A DNA stretch of 64,000 nucleotides from Eledone cirrhosa (GCA_964016885.1 OZ024740.1:314278001-314342000), one strand, 5' to 3'. Positions 25,967 to 40,090 are shown, counted from the first letter of the stretch. Notes: generated by a model from the letters alone, not told the origin. Program-made: numbers and translations.

Positions 25967-26969
25967 GTGAGTTTCGTTATGATAATGATAATGAAAATTA
26001 TTATGTACAGTTCTCAGATGCATTAGGACTCATCAAAGATGCATGTATAGTACATAGAATAATTGTTTCTAATTTTGGCACAAGGCCAGCAATTACCCCA
26101 GTGCATTAGATGTACAAATGTCAGGAAAGTGAACAGTGTATGAGTCATGATATACACACAGATACAGATATGTGTGTGTGTGTATGGAGTGGGAATATCA
26201 GGTGTAGTTTTGGCGAATTTTGGGACACATACATACACCCCCACTCACACATACACACACCCCAAACTCACACACACCCCAAACACATATACACCCCCAC
26301 CCCCCAACACACACACCATATATACATTCAACAAGTTTCTGCACAGGTTTCAGTCAATGGCCTTCTGCAGATCCACAAATGCTTCTGAACAAAACAAGAA
26401 TGTGGTTGCTTAATTAACAGGGAGAAAGTTTTAAGAATCAATCGACAAGACCCCTACTGAGTCAGGGAAGAACTTGTCCAATCGAGCATAGCAAACGATG
26501 TTTCCATTGGTCTTTTCACTGCTAATACTATCTACTGATCACAACTCCTGGCAGAAAGAGCAACATGAAATAAAGTGTCTTGCTCAAGGACATAATGCAT
26601 CGCCCAGTCCAGAAATTGAAGTCACAACCTCACAATTGCAAATCCAATTCTCTAACCAATAAGCCACATGGATGGAATTATTATTTACTAAAATAAAAAT
26701 AATATTCTCATAATGTGGTTGGTGATAGGAAGGGCATTCGGCCATAGATATCTTGCCAAACAAAGAGTTGGCATGACAACTTCTCCTGAGCACTCAATGG
26801 AACATGAAACCATACATAAACAAGTCACAGATCCCTGGCTTGCTTGGGAGATCAGTGGCTCCGCTTCAGTACGAGCTTAGTCTGTATAGACCTGTCAAAC
26901 CCTTGCTAGCAAGAAAAGCAGACATTAAAACGATGATGATGATAATGAGTTAATAATGATGAACTAATG

Positions 26970-27342
26970 ATAATTGTTTCTACTTTTGGCACAAGGCCAG
27001 AAATTACCCAGTGTATTACTGGTACTTTATTTTATCGACCCCGTAAGGATGAAAGGCAAAGTTAACCTCGGCGGGATTTGAACTCAGAATGGCAAGGGCC
27101 GTAACTCTATGTGTCAAAGCATGGCGTCCGACCCTCTACCGATACTACCAATCCACCGCTCTCAAATAATTGTTTCTACTTTTGGCACAAGGCCAGCAAT
27201 TATCCCAGTGTATTACTAGTACTTTATTTTATCGACTCCGTAAGGATGAAAGGCAAAGTTAACCTTGGCGGGATTTGAACTCAGATCATAAAGGGCTGTA
27301 ACTCTTTGCTGCAAAGCATGGTGTCCGACCCTCTACCGATAC
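26970..27342 (-). mobile_element. Two tandem Meta-like SINEs just upstream of MON1 exon 3
   Basis: Reverse complement of the 775-1008 family, present twice. Confidence 0.85.
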
Positions 27343-27367
27343 TAATGATAATGATTTTTCTTTACAG

Positions 27368-27809
27368 ATTTGGTAATGAAGATAATCTAGTAACTCTGAT
27401 GGGAGTCATGCAAGCTTTGGTTTCATTCGTTACAAACTCTGAGAAGGACAGTATTCGATGTATCGTAGCTGGAGATCATCGGTTTGTCTTCCTTCTTCGA
27501 GAGCACCTCTTCCTTGTTGGTGTGTCTCGTGGTCCTGATTCCACCCACCAGCTTCTCCTACAGCTTTCCTACGTCTACAATCAGATCATCAGTGTCCTTA
27601 CTCTCAGTCAATTGGCAAAGATCTTCAAACAACGACACAACTTTGACCTGCGACGTCTGCTTAGTGGTGCCGAGAAATTCATCGACAATTTACTCAATAT
27701 GATGGACAGTGAGCCTGGTTTCTTACTTGGGGCTGTCCGATGTCTACCCCTTGAAGGATCAATTCGTGATACTATTGCACAGGCCATTGTGCAGCATTGT
27801 AAAGTGAAG
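27368..27809 (+). CDS. MON1: MON1 exon 3
   Basis: Acceptor tttacag; FGNEDNLVTLMGVMQALVSFV...NFDLRRLLSGAE...VRCLPL; donor AAG|gtaatg. Confidence 0.96.
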
Positions 27810-27819
27810 GTAATGTTTT

Positions 27820-27980
27820 CTACTACCACTACTACTACTACTTCTACTGTTGCTACTACTACTACTGCTACTACTACTACTACTACTACTGCTTCTACTG
27901 TTGCTACTACTCCTAATACTAATACTATTACTACTACTGCTACTATTACTACAACTACTGTTGCTATTACTACTACTATT
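27820..27980. repeat. (ACT)n trinucleotide microsatellite
   Basis: Imperfect act/gct repeats in intron 3. Confidence 0.9.
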
Positions 27981-28315
27981 ACAAGATTAAATCAACCCTC
28001 ACCCTAAACTCTGTTACAATAGAGTTCAATAGGGTTGTATTTTTATGGGATCATATACTAAGTATATCTCTATCTTTTTAATATGCTATATTGAAATCAT
28101 TAAGTTTATTAGTCCTTTAGGTGGTTCTTTCCCCCATATATATATATATATTTATATATAGTAATAATAATTATGAAGACCAAAATCCAAAGAGGGCTCG
28201 ATAAGGATTTTATACAATATATATAAAAACCATAGAGCAAATCCTGGAATAGGGTGAAAGCAACGATTCTTTGCTTAAACTTCAATCTATACTAATAATA
28301 ATAATATATCTATAT

Positions 28316-29305
28316 ATGGAAAAAGTTCAGAGAGATTATACCACTATTAGCCGCTAAAGGGTTCTCTCTAAAAATGAAAGGCAGGTTGTATGATGCCTGC
28401 ATACGAACAGCAATGTTGCATGGCAGTGAGACCTGGGCATTGTGTGCAGAGGATATACGCAGACTAGAGAGGAACGAAGCTTGCATGCTCCGCTGGATGT
28501 GTAATAGTAATATACGTGAACGCCAAAGCATAAACGAACTAAGGAAAAAATTAGAAATAAGAGGGATCAGATGTTGTTTACTTGAGAGAAGGCTACGTTG
28601 GTATGGTCACGTGATGCGCATGAAAAACGACAGCTGTATAACAAAGTGCAGGGCAATAAAGATAGACGGTAGCCACGGAGTAGGCAGACCCAGAAAAACC
28701 TGGGACAACATGATAAATTCCGACCTCACACGCTTACACCTCTCCAAGACAATGTCACTGGACCGAGACCTTTGGCGGTACTCAGTAATAGAGAAGACCC
28801 GCCTTACCTAAATACAAAGTAAAACCTACTACAGTCAGTAGGCATCTCTAACAAAACACACCCCCGTCCCACCACCCCACCCCATCCACACCGCCCCTTT
28901 CAATGTAAAGTTATGTTGGTGCCACAACATCCAGGCCGAAACAAATGAGATCGTGTAGGTGTCACGATAAAAAACACACAGTCCACGCTGTAATGTGGCC
29001 GTGTAGGCAACACGGTAAAAACCTCCCAGTTCCACACTGTAAATGTGGTTGGTGTTAGGAAGGGCATCCAGCTGTAGAAAACCCGCCAGACAGTCCACGC
29101 TGTAATGTGGCCGTGTAGGCAACACAGTAAAAACCTCCCAGCCCCACACTGTAAATGTGGTTGGTGTTAGGAAGGGCATCCAGCTGTAGAAAACCCGCCA
29201 GACAGTCCTATGCGAGCAAGACAATCACTCTTGCCTCAAGTGGGAAAACCCCTATCCAAACCCATGCAAGCGTGGAACACGGACGTTAAACGTTGATGAT
29301 GATGA
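28316..29305 (+). mobile_element. 5'-truncated RTE LINE in MON1 intron 3
   Basis: 145-aa C-terminal ORF; 3'UTR with an internal duplication of about 120 bp; (GAT)n tail. Confidence 0.93.
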
Positions 29306-30262
29306 TATATATATATTTATGAAGTTGACGTTAGGAAGGTCATCCAGCAGTAGAAAACCAGCCAGAAACAGTCCTATATGAGCGAGACATGGTCACACGA
29401 CCAAAACTTGCCTCAAATGGAACAAACACATCTACCCCATGTTAGCGTGCAAGATAGACATTAAATGAGGATGATAATATATATATACGGCTTCCATCTA
29501 CCCTTTTCTTGTTGGTACTCAGTCAAAATAAGAGGGTTTAAGTGGTAGAGATGATATAATAGTATATTAAATATCAAATGATACATATATATAAATATAG
29601 TAAAATAAAATATATATCATATTTATACATAGTATATATTATATTATTTATTATATATAAATTAACGATTTTATTTATTATATATTATTTACAATTTGTG
29701 TGTAGGCAGGTCTCTCTGGGAATAGGGTTGGGGGCGGGAGCCAAAAGTTTGAGAACATCTGGTTTAAACCATTGTAGGAGCAGTAGAAGTTTCCATTTTT
29801 TTTTTCGGCAGTTGGGGGGGGGGGGCATATTTTTGTGTGGCAGCAACATCATCTTAGATGTGTGGGCACTACTTTAATGTGTGTTGTGTTTCAGCTTTGT
29901 AGAATGTCAACAACTAACCAGGTCCAGAGTGTTTTCATGTAATGTAGTTTTGGCAATGCTGTATACGTAAGGTTTCCATGAGACATCACTAAAAGAGTTA
30001 TTTTAAGTTTTAGTCTTACAATTGTAAGAATTTTAAAGACTTTGTGTATTGTTCATGCACAGAATAGTAATATAAGATTGTTTCTTTGAAGTATGTAGGT
30101 ATGGTATCAACAAACTGTCAACTCTGTTGTGGTAGCAAAGTTATCTCCCCTGAAATAATGTATGACTTCAGTAGAAAATTAACAACATGTATATTCAAAT
30201 ACACTAAATATAATACAAATATCATCATAACAAAAACTAAGTAGTTCAACTTCTATTTGCAG

Positions 30263-30438
30263 GATCTAGTATTTGCCCTTATCATTGCCAGCAGTCAACT
30301 AGTAACATTAGTCAGAATGAAAAAGTATTTCCTACATCCTGTGGATCTCCATCTTATAATTAACCTCGTTAATGCATCAGAGTCTTTCAAGGCAGCAGAA
30401 TCATGGACACCAATATGTTTACCGAAATTTGATTCAAG
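30263..30438 (+). CDS. MON1: MON1 exon 4
   Basis: Acceptor tttgcag; DLVFALI...LHPVDLHLIINLV...ESWTPICLPKFD; donor AG|gtattt phase 2. Confidence 0.96.
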
Positions 30439-30579
30439 GTATTTTTAATATTATCATTATCTTTGCTCTCCGTTCGTTACTTTTCACAAATTCCACATAT
30501 TTCTATTTAGAACAGATATGGTAATTAAGGTGGCCCATATATGTTATTAGGTTGAATGCTTATTAAAATATACACACTA

Positions 30580-30800
30580 CATTGTATACTAAATATAGTA
30601 CCTACGTATAGTATGTATGTACTAAATATGGTATCTATATATAGTACATTATATACTAAATATAGTACCTATATACAGTAGATTCTCTAGTAAATGTACT
30701 ACCTATATATAGTACATTATATACTAAATATAGTACCTGTATATGGTATATTCTCTACTAAATGTAGTACCTATATATAGTATATTATATACTATATATA
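30580..30800. repeat. AT-rich minisatellite
   Basis: Repeated actaaatatagtacctatatatagtacattatat. Confidence 0.8.
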
Positions 30801-30806
30801 CTAGAT

Positions 30807-31006
30807 TCAGCTGAAAAGTTCATAGGCTCGTTATGAAGGAGTGATGTTAGAGCTGTGAAATCTTGCATGCATTAATTTCAACTCTTCTTATTAATAACTG
30901 CATTATTTCTTTCCAGGGACTTTGTTAAAAAATAAACCTCATTTGGTCATTCCATGTGAGTATCTTGGTCAGGGTCAGCCTATGAACTTTTCAGCTGACC
31001 CTCATA
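30807..31006. mobile_element. mariner-type MITE
   Basis: TIRs tcagctgaaaagttcataggct / agcctatgaacttttcagctga; related copy at about 6640-6785. Confidence 0.75.
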
Positions 31007-31460
31007 ATACTTATATTTAGTAGGCAATGATGTTATTTGTATGTGACTGCAAATTCAGTATGTTTTTTTTTTGTAACAGTTTTTTTTTAACTCATTTAAC
31101 ACTTCCAGCCAGTAACTGTGTGACTACTGATCAGACAGAGTTGCCTTCTTCTTCTCCAATATAATTACAGCCCTTTACATTCTGAATTCAAATCCCACTT
31201 AGGTTAGCTCTGCCTTTCACCCTTACATGGTTGATAAAATAAGTACCATTAACACACTGGGGTCAATATTTTGGACTTTCATCTTCTCCCAAATTGTTGG
31301 CCTTGTGCCTACATCAGAAACTATGCGTATTACATAATGGCTATTTGACAACACTTTCTATACCTAAATCCTGGTTGCTGCTTCCTTCATTATAAAACTC
31401 AACTTCTCCTTTAATTGTTTATTTAAACAAGTTTGTTTCTGTCTCTGTTTTTATCCCAAG

Positions 31461-31581
31461 TGGTTTTCTACAAGCACACGTCTCCTATCTGGATGAAAGC
31501 TGCCAAACCTGCCTATTTTTACTGACTGTTGACAGAGACTCTTTCTTCACTTTATCAGATTGTAAAAGCAAGATTAAGCAG
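31461..31581 (+). CDS. MON1: MON1 exon 5 (absent from the ORF track)
   Basis: Acceptor atcccaag; (S)GFLQAHVSYLDESCQTCLFLLTVDRDSFFTLSDCKSKIKQ; donor CAG|gtaaag. Confidence 0.95.
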
Positions 31582-32307
31582 GTAAAGTATAGTTTAATGT
31601 TGCTAACTTGTTCATAAGATGTCGTAATTAACTCTGTGGATAAAACAAATATAAATGTAAAATGGTTGTTGGTGCCACAATAAAAGGCAGCCAGTCCACA
31701 CTGTAAAATGGTCGTTTTGGTGCCACAATAAAAGGCACCTAGTCCTCACTGTAAATGTGGACATGCTGGTGCCATGATAAAAGGCACCTAGTGCTCATTG
31801 TAAAACGGTCGTTTTGGTGCCACGATAAAAGGCACTCAGTCTACACTGTAAATGTGGACATGTTGGTGCCTTTGTAAAAAGCACCCAGTTCACACTGTTA
31901 ATGTGGTCAGCGTTAGGAAGGATATCCAGCTGTAGAAACCAAGCCAGAAACAGTTCTGTGTGAACAAGACACGGTCATCTGATCTGACTTGTTTCACAAC
32001 AGGACAACTCATCTAACCCATGCTAGAGTGGAAAATGGACGTCAAACGCTGATGATGATGATATATTTAATAAACATAAGGTAATTTCAAACTTTGCTAT
32101 AGCTATCATGTTAAGCAAACCATTTCACAACAGAGTTGGGAGCAGTAGAGAAAGCATCATCATCATTATTATCAATGTTTAACATCTATTTTCTATGCTT
32201 GCATGTTTTAGATGGATTGCCATGCTTTGAGGTTGGACAGGTTAGGTAACCACATTTTACTCATATATTCCATTTATGGCTTGGATACAATTGAATGTCC
32301 TTCCTAC

Positions 32308-32727
32308 CCATTTTACAGCATATACTGGGAGCTCTTCTAACCACTTTACAGTATATACTGAGAGCTCTCCTAACCACTTTACAGCATATACTGGGACTCT
32401 TCTAACCACTTTACAGTATATACTGAGAGCTCTCCTAACCACTTTACAGCATATACTGGGAGCTCTTCTAACCACTTTACAGTATATACTGAGAGCTCTC
32501 CTAACCACTTAACAGCATGTACTGGGAGCTCTTCTAACCACTTTACAGTATATACTGAGAGCTCTCCTAACCACTTTACAGCATATACTGGGAGCTCTTC
32601 TAACCACTTTACAGTATATACTGAGAGCTCTCCTAACCACTTTACAGCATGTACTGGGAGCTCTCCTAACCACTTTACAGCATATACTGAGAGCCCTCCT
32701 AAGAACTTTACAGCATATACAGGGAGC
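32308..32727. repeat. 33-bp minisatellite with 66-bp dimeric higher-order structure
   Basis: Alternating ccactttacagcatatactgggagctcttctaa and ccactttacagtatatactgagagctctcctaa. Confidence 0.92.
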
Positions 32728-33298
32728 AATATATTTGAAAATATATTCAAATATGTAGCATGGGAAGAAAATAGATCCTAGAAAAATATATTTGTACTGC
32801 TAGGTAGTTTTGGTGCCACAACAAAAAGCGCCCAGTCCATACTGTAAAGTGGTTATGTAGGTGCCACAATAAAAGGCATCCAGTCCACACTGAAAGTGGT
32901 TGTGTAGGTGTCATGACAAAAAAGCACCCAGTCCACACTGTTAAGTGGTCATGTAGGTATTACAACAAAAAGCACCCAGTACACACTGTAAAGTGGTTGT
33001 GTAGGTGTCTTGACAAAAAGCTCCCAGTTCACACTGTAAAGTGGTCATGTAGGTGTCACAACAAAAACTGCCCAGTATACACTGTAAATATGGTAGGCGT
33101 TAGGAAGAGCATCTAGCCACAGACACCAAGCCAGAATCAGTTCAGTATGAGCAAGATACTGTAATGTGATCTGACTTGTCTCACAACGAAACAACTCATC
33201 CCACACATGCTAGAGTGGAAAAATGGACGTTACACGGTGATGATGATGATTGCAGTTTTAACTGTTGATTTAATTGTTTATATGTGGTTTATTTATAG

Positions 33299-33580
33299 AA
33301 ACTGCAGAAGTCCAACTGTTTGCAAGCCATCAGTGATTCACTATCACGGAATAGCTACAGCATCAAACAGTGTGGTATCTCAGGTTTGCGTCATTTCCTG
33401 TACAAGTCTCGCAACTCAGCGCAGTATACCAGCCCTGAGCTAGAAGCCCCATATCTCAGTCAGGAAGAACAGGATCGTCTCTTCGGTCTCTACCAGTATC
33501 TCCATCACAGAATTCACAGTAGCAGCAGACCATTGAAACTCCTCTATCATGTGGGCCCACATGAGACTCTTATTGGTTGG
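33299..33580 (+). CDS. MON1: MON1 exon 6
   Basis: Acceptor atttatag; LRHFLYKSRNSAQYTSPELEAPY...YQYLHHRIH...RPLKL...LIGW; donor gtaagt. Confidence 0.96.
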
Positions 33581-33654
33581 GTAAGTTATTTCCCTTACAT
33601 TGTTTAGCTTAACAAGAAATTCAAGAGATTATTTTTTTGCTATTATATGATACT

Positions 33655-34285
33655 TTGTTCTGCATTCAAATCCTTCCGAGGTTAGCTTTGCCTTTCATCC
33701 TTACGGAGCCGATAAAATAAAGTACCAGTAATGCACTGGGGTCGATTTAATTGACATTCCCCTTTTCCTAAAATTGTTGGTCATTGTGCCTAAATTAGGA
33801 ACCAATATTTGAGACTATTATCCTAAGGGCAGTGGGTTGGCAATATCAGTAGAGTGTCGGTGAACATGCTTTGTGGCATAGAGTTACGGCCCTTTATGTT
33901 CTGGGCTCAAATCCCACCTAGGTTTGCTTTGCCTTTCTGGCAGTATCGGTAGAGAGTCGGACGCCATGCTTTCCAGCATAGTTACGTCCCTTTACGATCT
34001 GAGTTCAAATCCCGCCGAGGTTGACTTTGCCTTTCATCCTTACGGGGTCGATAAAATAAAGTACCAGTAACGCACTGGGTAATTGCTGGCCTTGTGCCTA
34101 AAGTAGAAACAAATATTTGAGACTATTATCCTAAGGGCAGTGGGTTGGCAATATCAGTAGAGTGTCGGTGAACATGCTTTGTGGCATAGAGTTACGGCTC
34201 TTTACGTTCTGGGCTCAAATCCCACCTAGGTTTGCTTTGCCTTTCATCCTTATGAGGTCGATAATTAAAGCATCAGTAATGTACC
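33655..34285 (+). mobile_element. Cluster of Meta-like SINEs including a local direct duplication
   Basis: Several gcctttcatccttacggggtcgataaaataaagtacc cores; 33806-33937 is repeated at about 34093-34246. Confidence 0.8.
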
Positions 34286-37115
34286 AGTTTATTGTCTAGC
34301 CCCAGGTCATACATTACATTTATTCGCAACAGCCAAGAACTGTTTTGACCCTGTGTTTTGTCTGACTCAGTAAACAGAAAAAAATTACATACCAAATTGG
34401 CCATGATAATAAATATAAAGATGCATCTATAGTAAATAGAATAATGTACAAAAGCAGGAAAGTGAACAGTGTGTGAGTCATGATAAACACATAGACACAT
34501 GCGTGTGTATGTATGGAGGCGGAATATCAGGTGTAGTGTTGGGAATTTCGGGAAGCATGGAAGTTTTGATGGATACAGTGTCCTGACAGCTAACAACTGA
34601 TGGTGACAACTAGAATCCATTTGATCATAGGCCTGCTGGATCAAAACTGACCTGGAGCGAAACAATAAACAACAATCCAGATTTATTAGCAACATCGAAG
34701 AACTATTTTGACCCTCTGTGTTTTGTCTGACCCATTAAAACAGGAAAAAAATTACATCCCAAATTGACCATAAGTTATATTCTCTTTCTCATTTCAAGAT
34801 GTTCTAGGTTGGCAAAACCTTTCCTAACACCAACATTTGTCTTATTTCACTTCAGCCACTGTAGAAATCTTTAGATATACAAACCCCTACTGGTTAAATA
34901 ACTGATACAACATACCAGGCTTGCTACACTACCACTCTGCATCTTTCACAATCTACCTTCATTGTCACACTGCACTCCTCACAACATGTCCACACCGCCC
35001 ATTTTAAACACATTAGGATATAATCCGTCACCTAGTTTATTGCAGTCATGGTCCTTGGATGACTTTAGCAGAGTCCCACTCTGTTAGAGACATTCAACAC
35101 AGGTATCTGATATGGGGATAAACTCCTAACTCCCTCCTTCCAGTCCCAAAGGGACTCAGCAAGATAATAATATAATAGTTTAAAGGAGAATTAGCTACTG
35201 TGTATTGTATGTCAAGTGACAGGATATAGGATCCTTCATGCAAGGGATCAACTGTTGCACTCAGACCATGTCCACCTTGCCTATCTCTGCTGTGGTCACA
35301 ACCAGAACAGGAGCTTACTACCTGCTAGAAGTAGCAGACAAATCTCCTTCGAATCACATTCTGCTATATTGAATAAAAGATATATTAGACAACATATTTA
35401 TTTCTTCTTCACCCACTTATTCCTGAGGGGATCGTGGGGGGCAGTCCTCAAACACTCCTTCCAATAGGTCCTGTCAGAAGCAACCATCTCCAATTGATCC
35501 AGCTAGATCCCCAAGCATGACCACCCAAGCTGATGGATGTTATCCAGTTATCTTGCTCGGGGTCTACCGGCTGGTTTTGCCCGTAAAATCTGTCCCGCGA
35601 TTCTTTCCTGAGACATTCCAACCATATGCCCATAGTATCAGAGCTGTGATCTCCCAATGTATTGGTCAACTGACTACCTACATGCTATAGGAGGGCTAAG
35701 GCAGTGAATTGGTAGAGTTGTCAGAGCATTAGATTAAATATGCCTTGCAGTATTTATTCCAGCTCAAGGGCGGTGGATTGGCAGTGTTGGTAGAGTGTCG
35801 GACACCATGCTTCATAGGATAGTTACGTCTCTTTACATTCTGAGTTCAAAACCTGCCAAAATTAGCATTGTCTTTCATCATTCACTTCCCTGACATTTGT
35901 ATATTATTCTATGTACTATACATGCACCTTTGACGAGTTGTAGTGCACCTGAGCACTTTACACAATAATTTCATTATTATATTATTATTATTATTATTAT
36001 GGGGTCAATAAAATAAAGTACCAGTAACACACTGTGGTAGATTTAATCAACTTTCCCTCCCTTAAATTCTTGGCTTTGTGCCTAAATCAGAAACCATTAT
36101 TTATTCCGGCTCTCTGCAGTCTGAGTTCAAATCCCACCTCAGTAAACTCTGCTTGTCATCCTTTCGAGACCAATAAATAAAGTACCGGCCTAGGACAGTA
36201 GATTGGTGGGACTGTTAGAACATCAGATGGGATGTCTTGCAGCATATGTTCTGGCCCTGTGCATTCTGAGTTCAAAAGAATAGTGACATGACTCCCCTAT
36301 CATTAAAACAAATCCTGCCTCTTATCACCAGAAAAATAGTGACATGAGTCCCCTATCATTAAAACAACCAAGAAACCTCTTATGATATGCAACATCATAG
36401 GAGCCATAATATTTACAAAAATATGCCATAGCTCGATGAACTTGGAGCTGATCTGAAGCTACACAACAACAATCTCTCACAATGTACCCTTCCACTACAC
36501 AACCAAACACTGCATGTTAGAGAATACAGTGTGATCATAGATAAGGTTAAAGAATACAACCTATTGACCTATATATTGTAAAGAATACAACCTATTGACT
36601 TGTTATCTTGATGTTGAAGATCTACACAAGTTAACTGTTATCCAACAAACAATAGCAACAGGATCATCATCACCATCGTTTAACATCCATTTTCCATGTT
36701 TGCATGGGTTAGACAGGTTGTCATGTTATGAGAGAAGTCAGATCCAGAGACCACGTCTTGCTCATACAGATCTGTATTTTGGCTTTGTTTCTACAGCTGG
36801 ATGCCCTTCCTAACACCAACCATGTTACACAGTGAACTTGATGCTTTTTGTTGTATCACCTACATGACCACCGTACAGTGTGGACTGGGTGCTTTCTGTT
36901 GTCACCAAACATGAGCACCTAATAGTGTGGACTGGGTTCTTTTTCTCATGTCACCTACATGATCACCTATAGGATGGACAGGGTACTTTTGTTGTTGTGG
37001 TGCCAGATCAACATACATGGTGAAATTTGTGATTTTTATCATGGCACAGCATTTCTTTTTTTTTAATTTATGCTTTGTGTGATATTCATTACCTGTTTTT
37101 ATTTCTCCTTTTCAG

Positions 37116-37256
37116 ATCACTCAAGGATTTGAGTTATATGCAGTATTTGGACCACTGGTAACAAAGACAATAGCAATACAAGCCATTAATAAACTTCTGC
37201 GCTGGATCAAAAAAGAGGAAAACCGACTTTTCATATTGAGTTCGTTTACTTTTTAA
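37116..37256 (+). CDS. MON1: MON1 exon 7 (terminal; absent from the ORF track)
   Basis: Acceptor ctccttttcag; ITQGFELYAVFGPLVTK...KLLRWIKKEENRLFI...TF*; spliced CDS is 1995 nt = 664 aa plus stop. Confidence 0.96.
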   Translation: MTQGFELYAVFGPLVTKTIAIQAINKLLRWIKKEENRLFILSSFTF

Positions 37257-39333
37257 CAGAGCGTAGAAATTATTGTATTATGTAATTTTTTTATTTTTTA
37301 TTTTTTTTTTACTAGTTTTCTGACCTTTGATCATTCCTGCTTGCATGAGTAAGTTTGCTGTTGCCTTGACAACTAACTACTCAACTTAGCACATTGGTGA
37401 CTTATCTACTTGTTTTTCCCTTCGAGTCATCTCCCTTAATATTTTTTGGAAAAATTTTTATTTATTTATTTAATTTTTTTTTTTTTGTTATGGGGGAGAT
37501 AGGGTCAAGCTTCGCAGTTCAAGGTCAGGAGACTTTAACTTGCCATAAGATTTATCTTCGTTTTTATGAAGAAACTATAAATAAATATTTGAATTGGTGG
37601 GGGAATATGAAAAGCAATTTATTGAGTTAATAAAGAAGTTCTTGTAAATATCAGTCTGTCTTTGTTTATTTTCATACAGTTTTTTATTTCGTCAATATTC
37701 ACTAATTATACATCATTTGCAATGTATTACTGATCAGATCTTTACTATATTTATCACTATCAACTCTGTTGCTTTGTTCATTGAATTTTTAAAGGTCTCT
37801 GACTCTACATATCTTCGTATTGATGTAGTAATGTGCAGTTGATAAAATATTACTTCTAAAATTTAGGAAAACTAAGACAGAAAAGTTACTCTAAATACAG
37901 TTGGTGGTTGCTATAAATAACTTCTTCAACACAGCCAAGGGCCACTTTTTTCCATCTATAAGGAATCTTTACCCAATTTTCTAAGATATCTATAGCAACA
38001 AACTGTATTCAGTTATTTTTATGCATCTGAGTTTTCCTAAATTTTCTATAAAAGTTCAAACATTGCATACAATGTTATTTATTACCTCTCTATTTGGAGG
38101 TTGTTGGCTTGGTTATACTTGTGTAATATCTACTAAGTTGTGTAAATATGATGTTAGTATGAGAGAATGCAATTATGTTTGTGTGCTATCTGTTGTGTAA
38201 AGCTATCATGTGGTAAGTATGTCATAAATTATTTTTAAAATTTGGAAGTTACTCCTGAACAAATTTGTATATCTTAAGTACTGTATAAAGATTGTGTGTG
38301 TATGTATTTATGTATGTGTATTTCTGCTGAATACCAAGTTACATTGCCACTAAACCTTGAATACACAAACTATAAGTATTAACAAATATCAGAGTCACCT
38401 TCATCTGATAATACCCATCCACCTCTTTTACTTTTTCTCTTTTCATATATAAATCTATTATATGAATATATTCATCAAAATAAAGTTAGCTTAAAGCATA
38501 TCTTCTGTTTTTTGTCTTCTTTTTACAAAATGTAATATTTTACAACTTCTGGGTAGATTTAATACTGCTGACATTTCTGGGTAGAGTGGTTATCTTTTTA
38601 AAGGTGTTGAAACTACAAAGATATCTAATTGGCAGTTGAACAGGTGTTTTTGTATATATTTTATTCCTTTTCTGTTGTTTGTTTTCATCTTCCTTTTCAA
38701 CTGACTAATCTCTCATTCTATTGTGCAATTTAAAAAAAAAATGAAGATTTTAAGTATACTAGAAGCTATATTAAGTGCATGGGGTTGGTTAACCCTTTAG
38801 CATTTACTTTACTCTCTATATACTATTGTATTTTTGTGGTAAAGGCTTTATAATTATCTCACATAATATCGAATCTACAAGATTTTGATGTTATTTATTT
38901 TGAGAACAATACCTTGACATCGGTATGAGTAGCTGGTTATGACCAGTTTGAACAGAAAGAAGTGAGAGAATTCTTACTGGATATGGCCAGTTTAAATGCT
39001 AAATTTCACATTTTCAATGTGAGTGAGATGATTTTCCCCAAGGTGCGCATTGAGAACTGTGTGTAGCCCCTTTAGAAATTATCTATTTAGATTTACTATG
39101 TAAGAGTCGATGTTGAGTTAGCTTCTGCATTTGTAATTATATATGAGGTTTAGGGCTAATATTAGTATTTAGAGGTATAAGTGCGTTAGTGTAAGGGAGT
39201 AAACTGGTGTGTTTACTCATGTTATTTAGAGGAGCATTAGTTGGGTTAGTTAATTTTCAGAGGGGTTGAAAGGGTTCTCATAGATTAAAGGTTTTATATG
39301 TATATTAGTATTTCTATTCTTACTTTTTATAAT

Positions 39334-39870
39334 TACTCTCATAGTTCCAAATAATAGGGGTGAGAGTGGAATTATCAGGTGGGTGGTGAAAAATCGGTAA
39401 TTTTTCTAGGTTGATTTAAAAAAAAAAAAAGAATTAGTTGTTTATTTTACATATTGAGACCCTAACCCTTCATATTTATTTTATAATGTATGGGATTTCT
39501 AGTAAGGTACATTTTTTGTCATATATAATGTTTTTTAATATTTAACCCTTTAGCATTCACATTACTCTATATATACTATTATATTTTCATGGTAAAGGCT
39601 TTACCTCACATAATTATCTCACATAATATCGAATCTATATTTTGAAAGTATTTATTTTGAGAACAATACCTTAACATCAGTTTGAGCAGCCAGTTTCAAC
39701 AGACAGAGATAGAGAATTCTGGCCGGGTTTGGCTGATTTGAACATTAAAGGGTTAAAGAAAATTAATTGTAACAGGAATGCTACCACTTAAAATAAAATT
39801 TCGCCAGAGATAGATTAGCAAAATTTAATAAGCGTGAAGGAGGCGGGGATTTATTCGAGACCCGAGAGTA
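39334..39870. mobile_element. TIR DNA element with a nested piggyBac MITE (39542-39756)
   Basis: Imperfect TIRs tactctcatagttccaaataa ... ttattcgagacccgagagta; inverted related copy at about 23030-23435. Confidence 0.55.
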
Positions 39871-40090
39871 TTAGTTGTAGCCTGGCTTTCCTTAGGACAT
39901 AAACACTCTCTCTCTCTCTCTTTCTATCTCTCTCAAGAACAACAACCTGTTCTTTTTTTTCTTGCAACAAATATGTATATATATATATAATTATATATAT
40001 ATATATATATAGGTACGTTATTCTGGGTTGAATCGGAGGTAACCACAGTAAGTAAGGTACTCAATACATAGCAGAGTATAAAAGTTTTAA

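Noticed and set aside
27810-28007. Poly-Thr mucin-like extension of MON1 exon 3
   Set aside because: Read-through into an intronic (ACT)n after a good GTAATG donor; the conserved protein continues in exon 4
32257-32750. Repeat array as a CRISPR locus or repeat-protein ORF
   Set aside because: Pure tandem repeat with no unique spacers, no cas genes, and a eukaryotic intronic location
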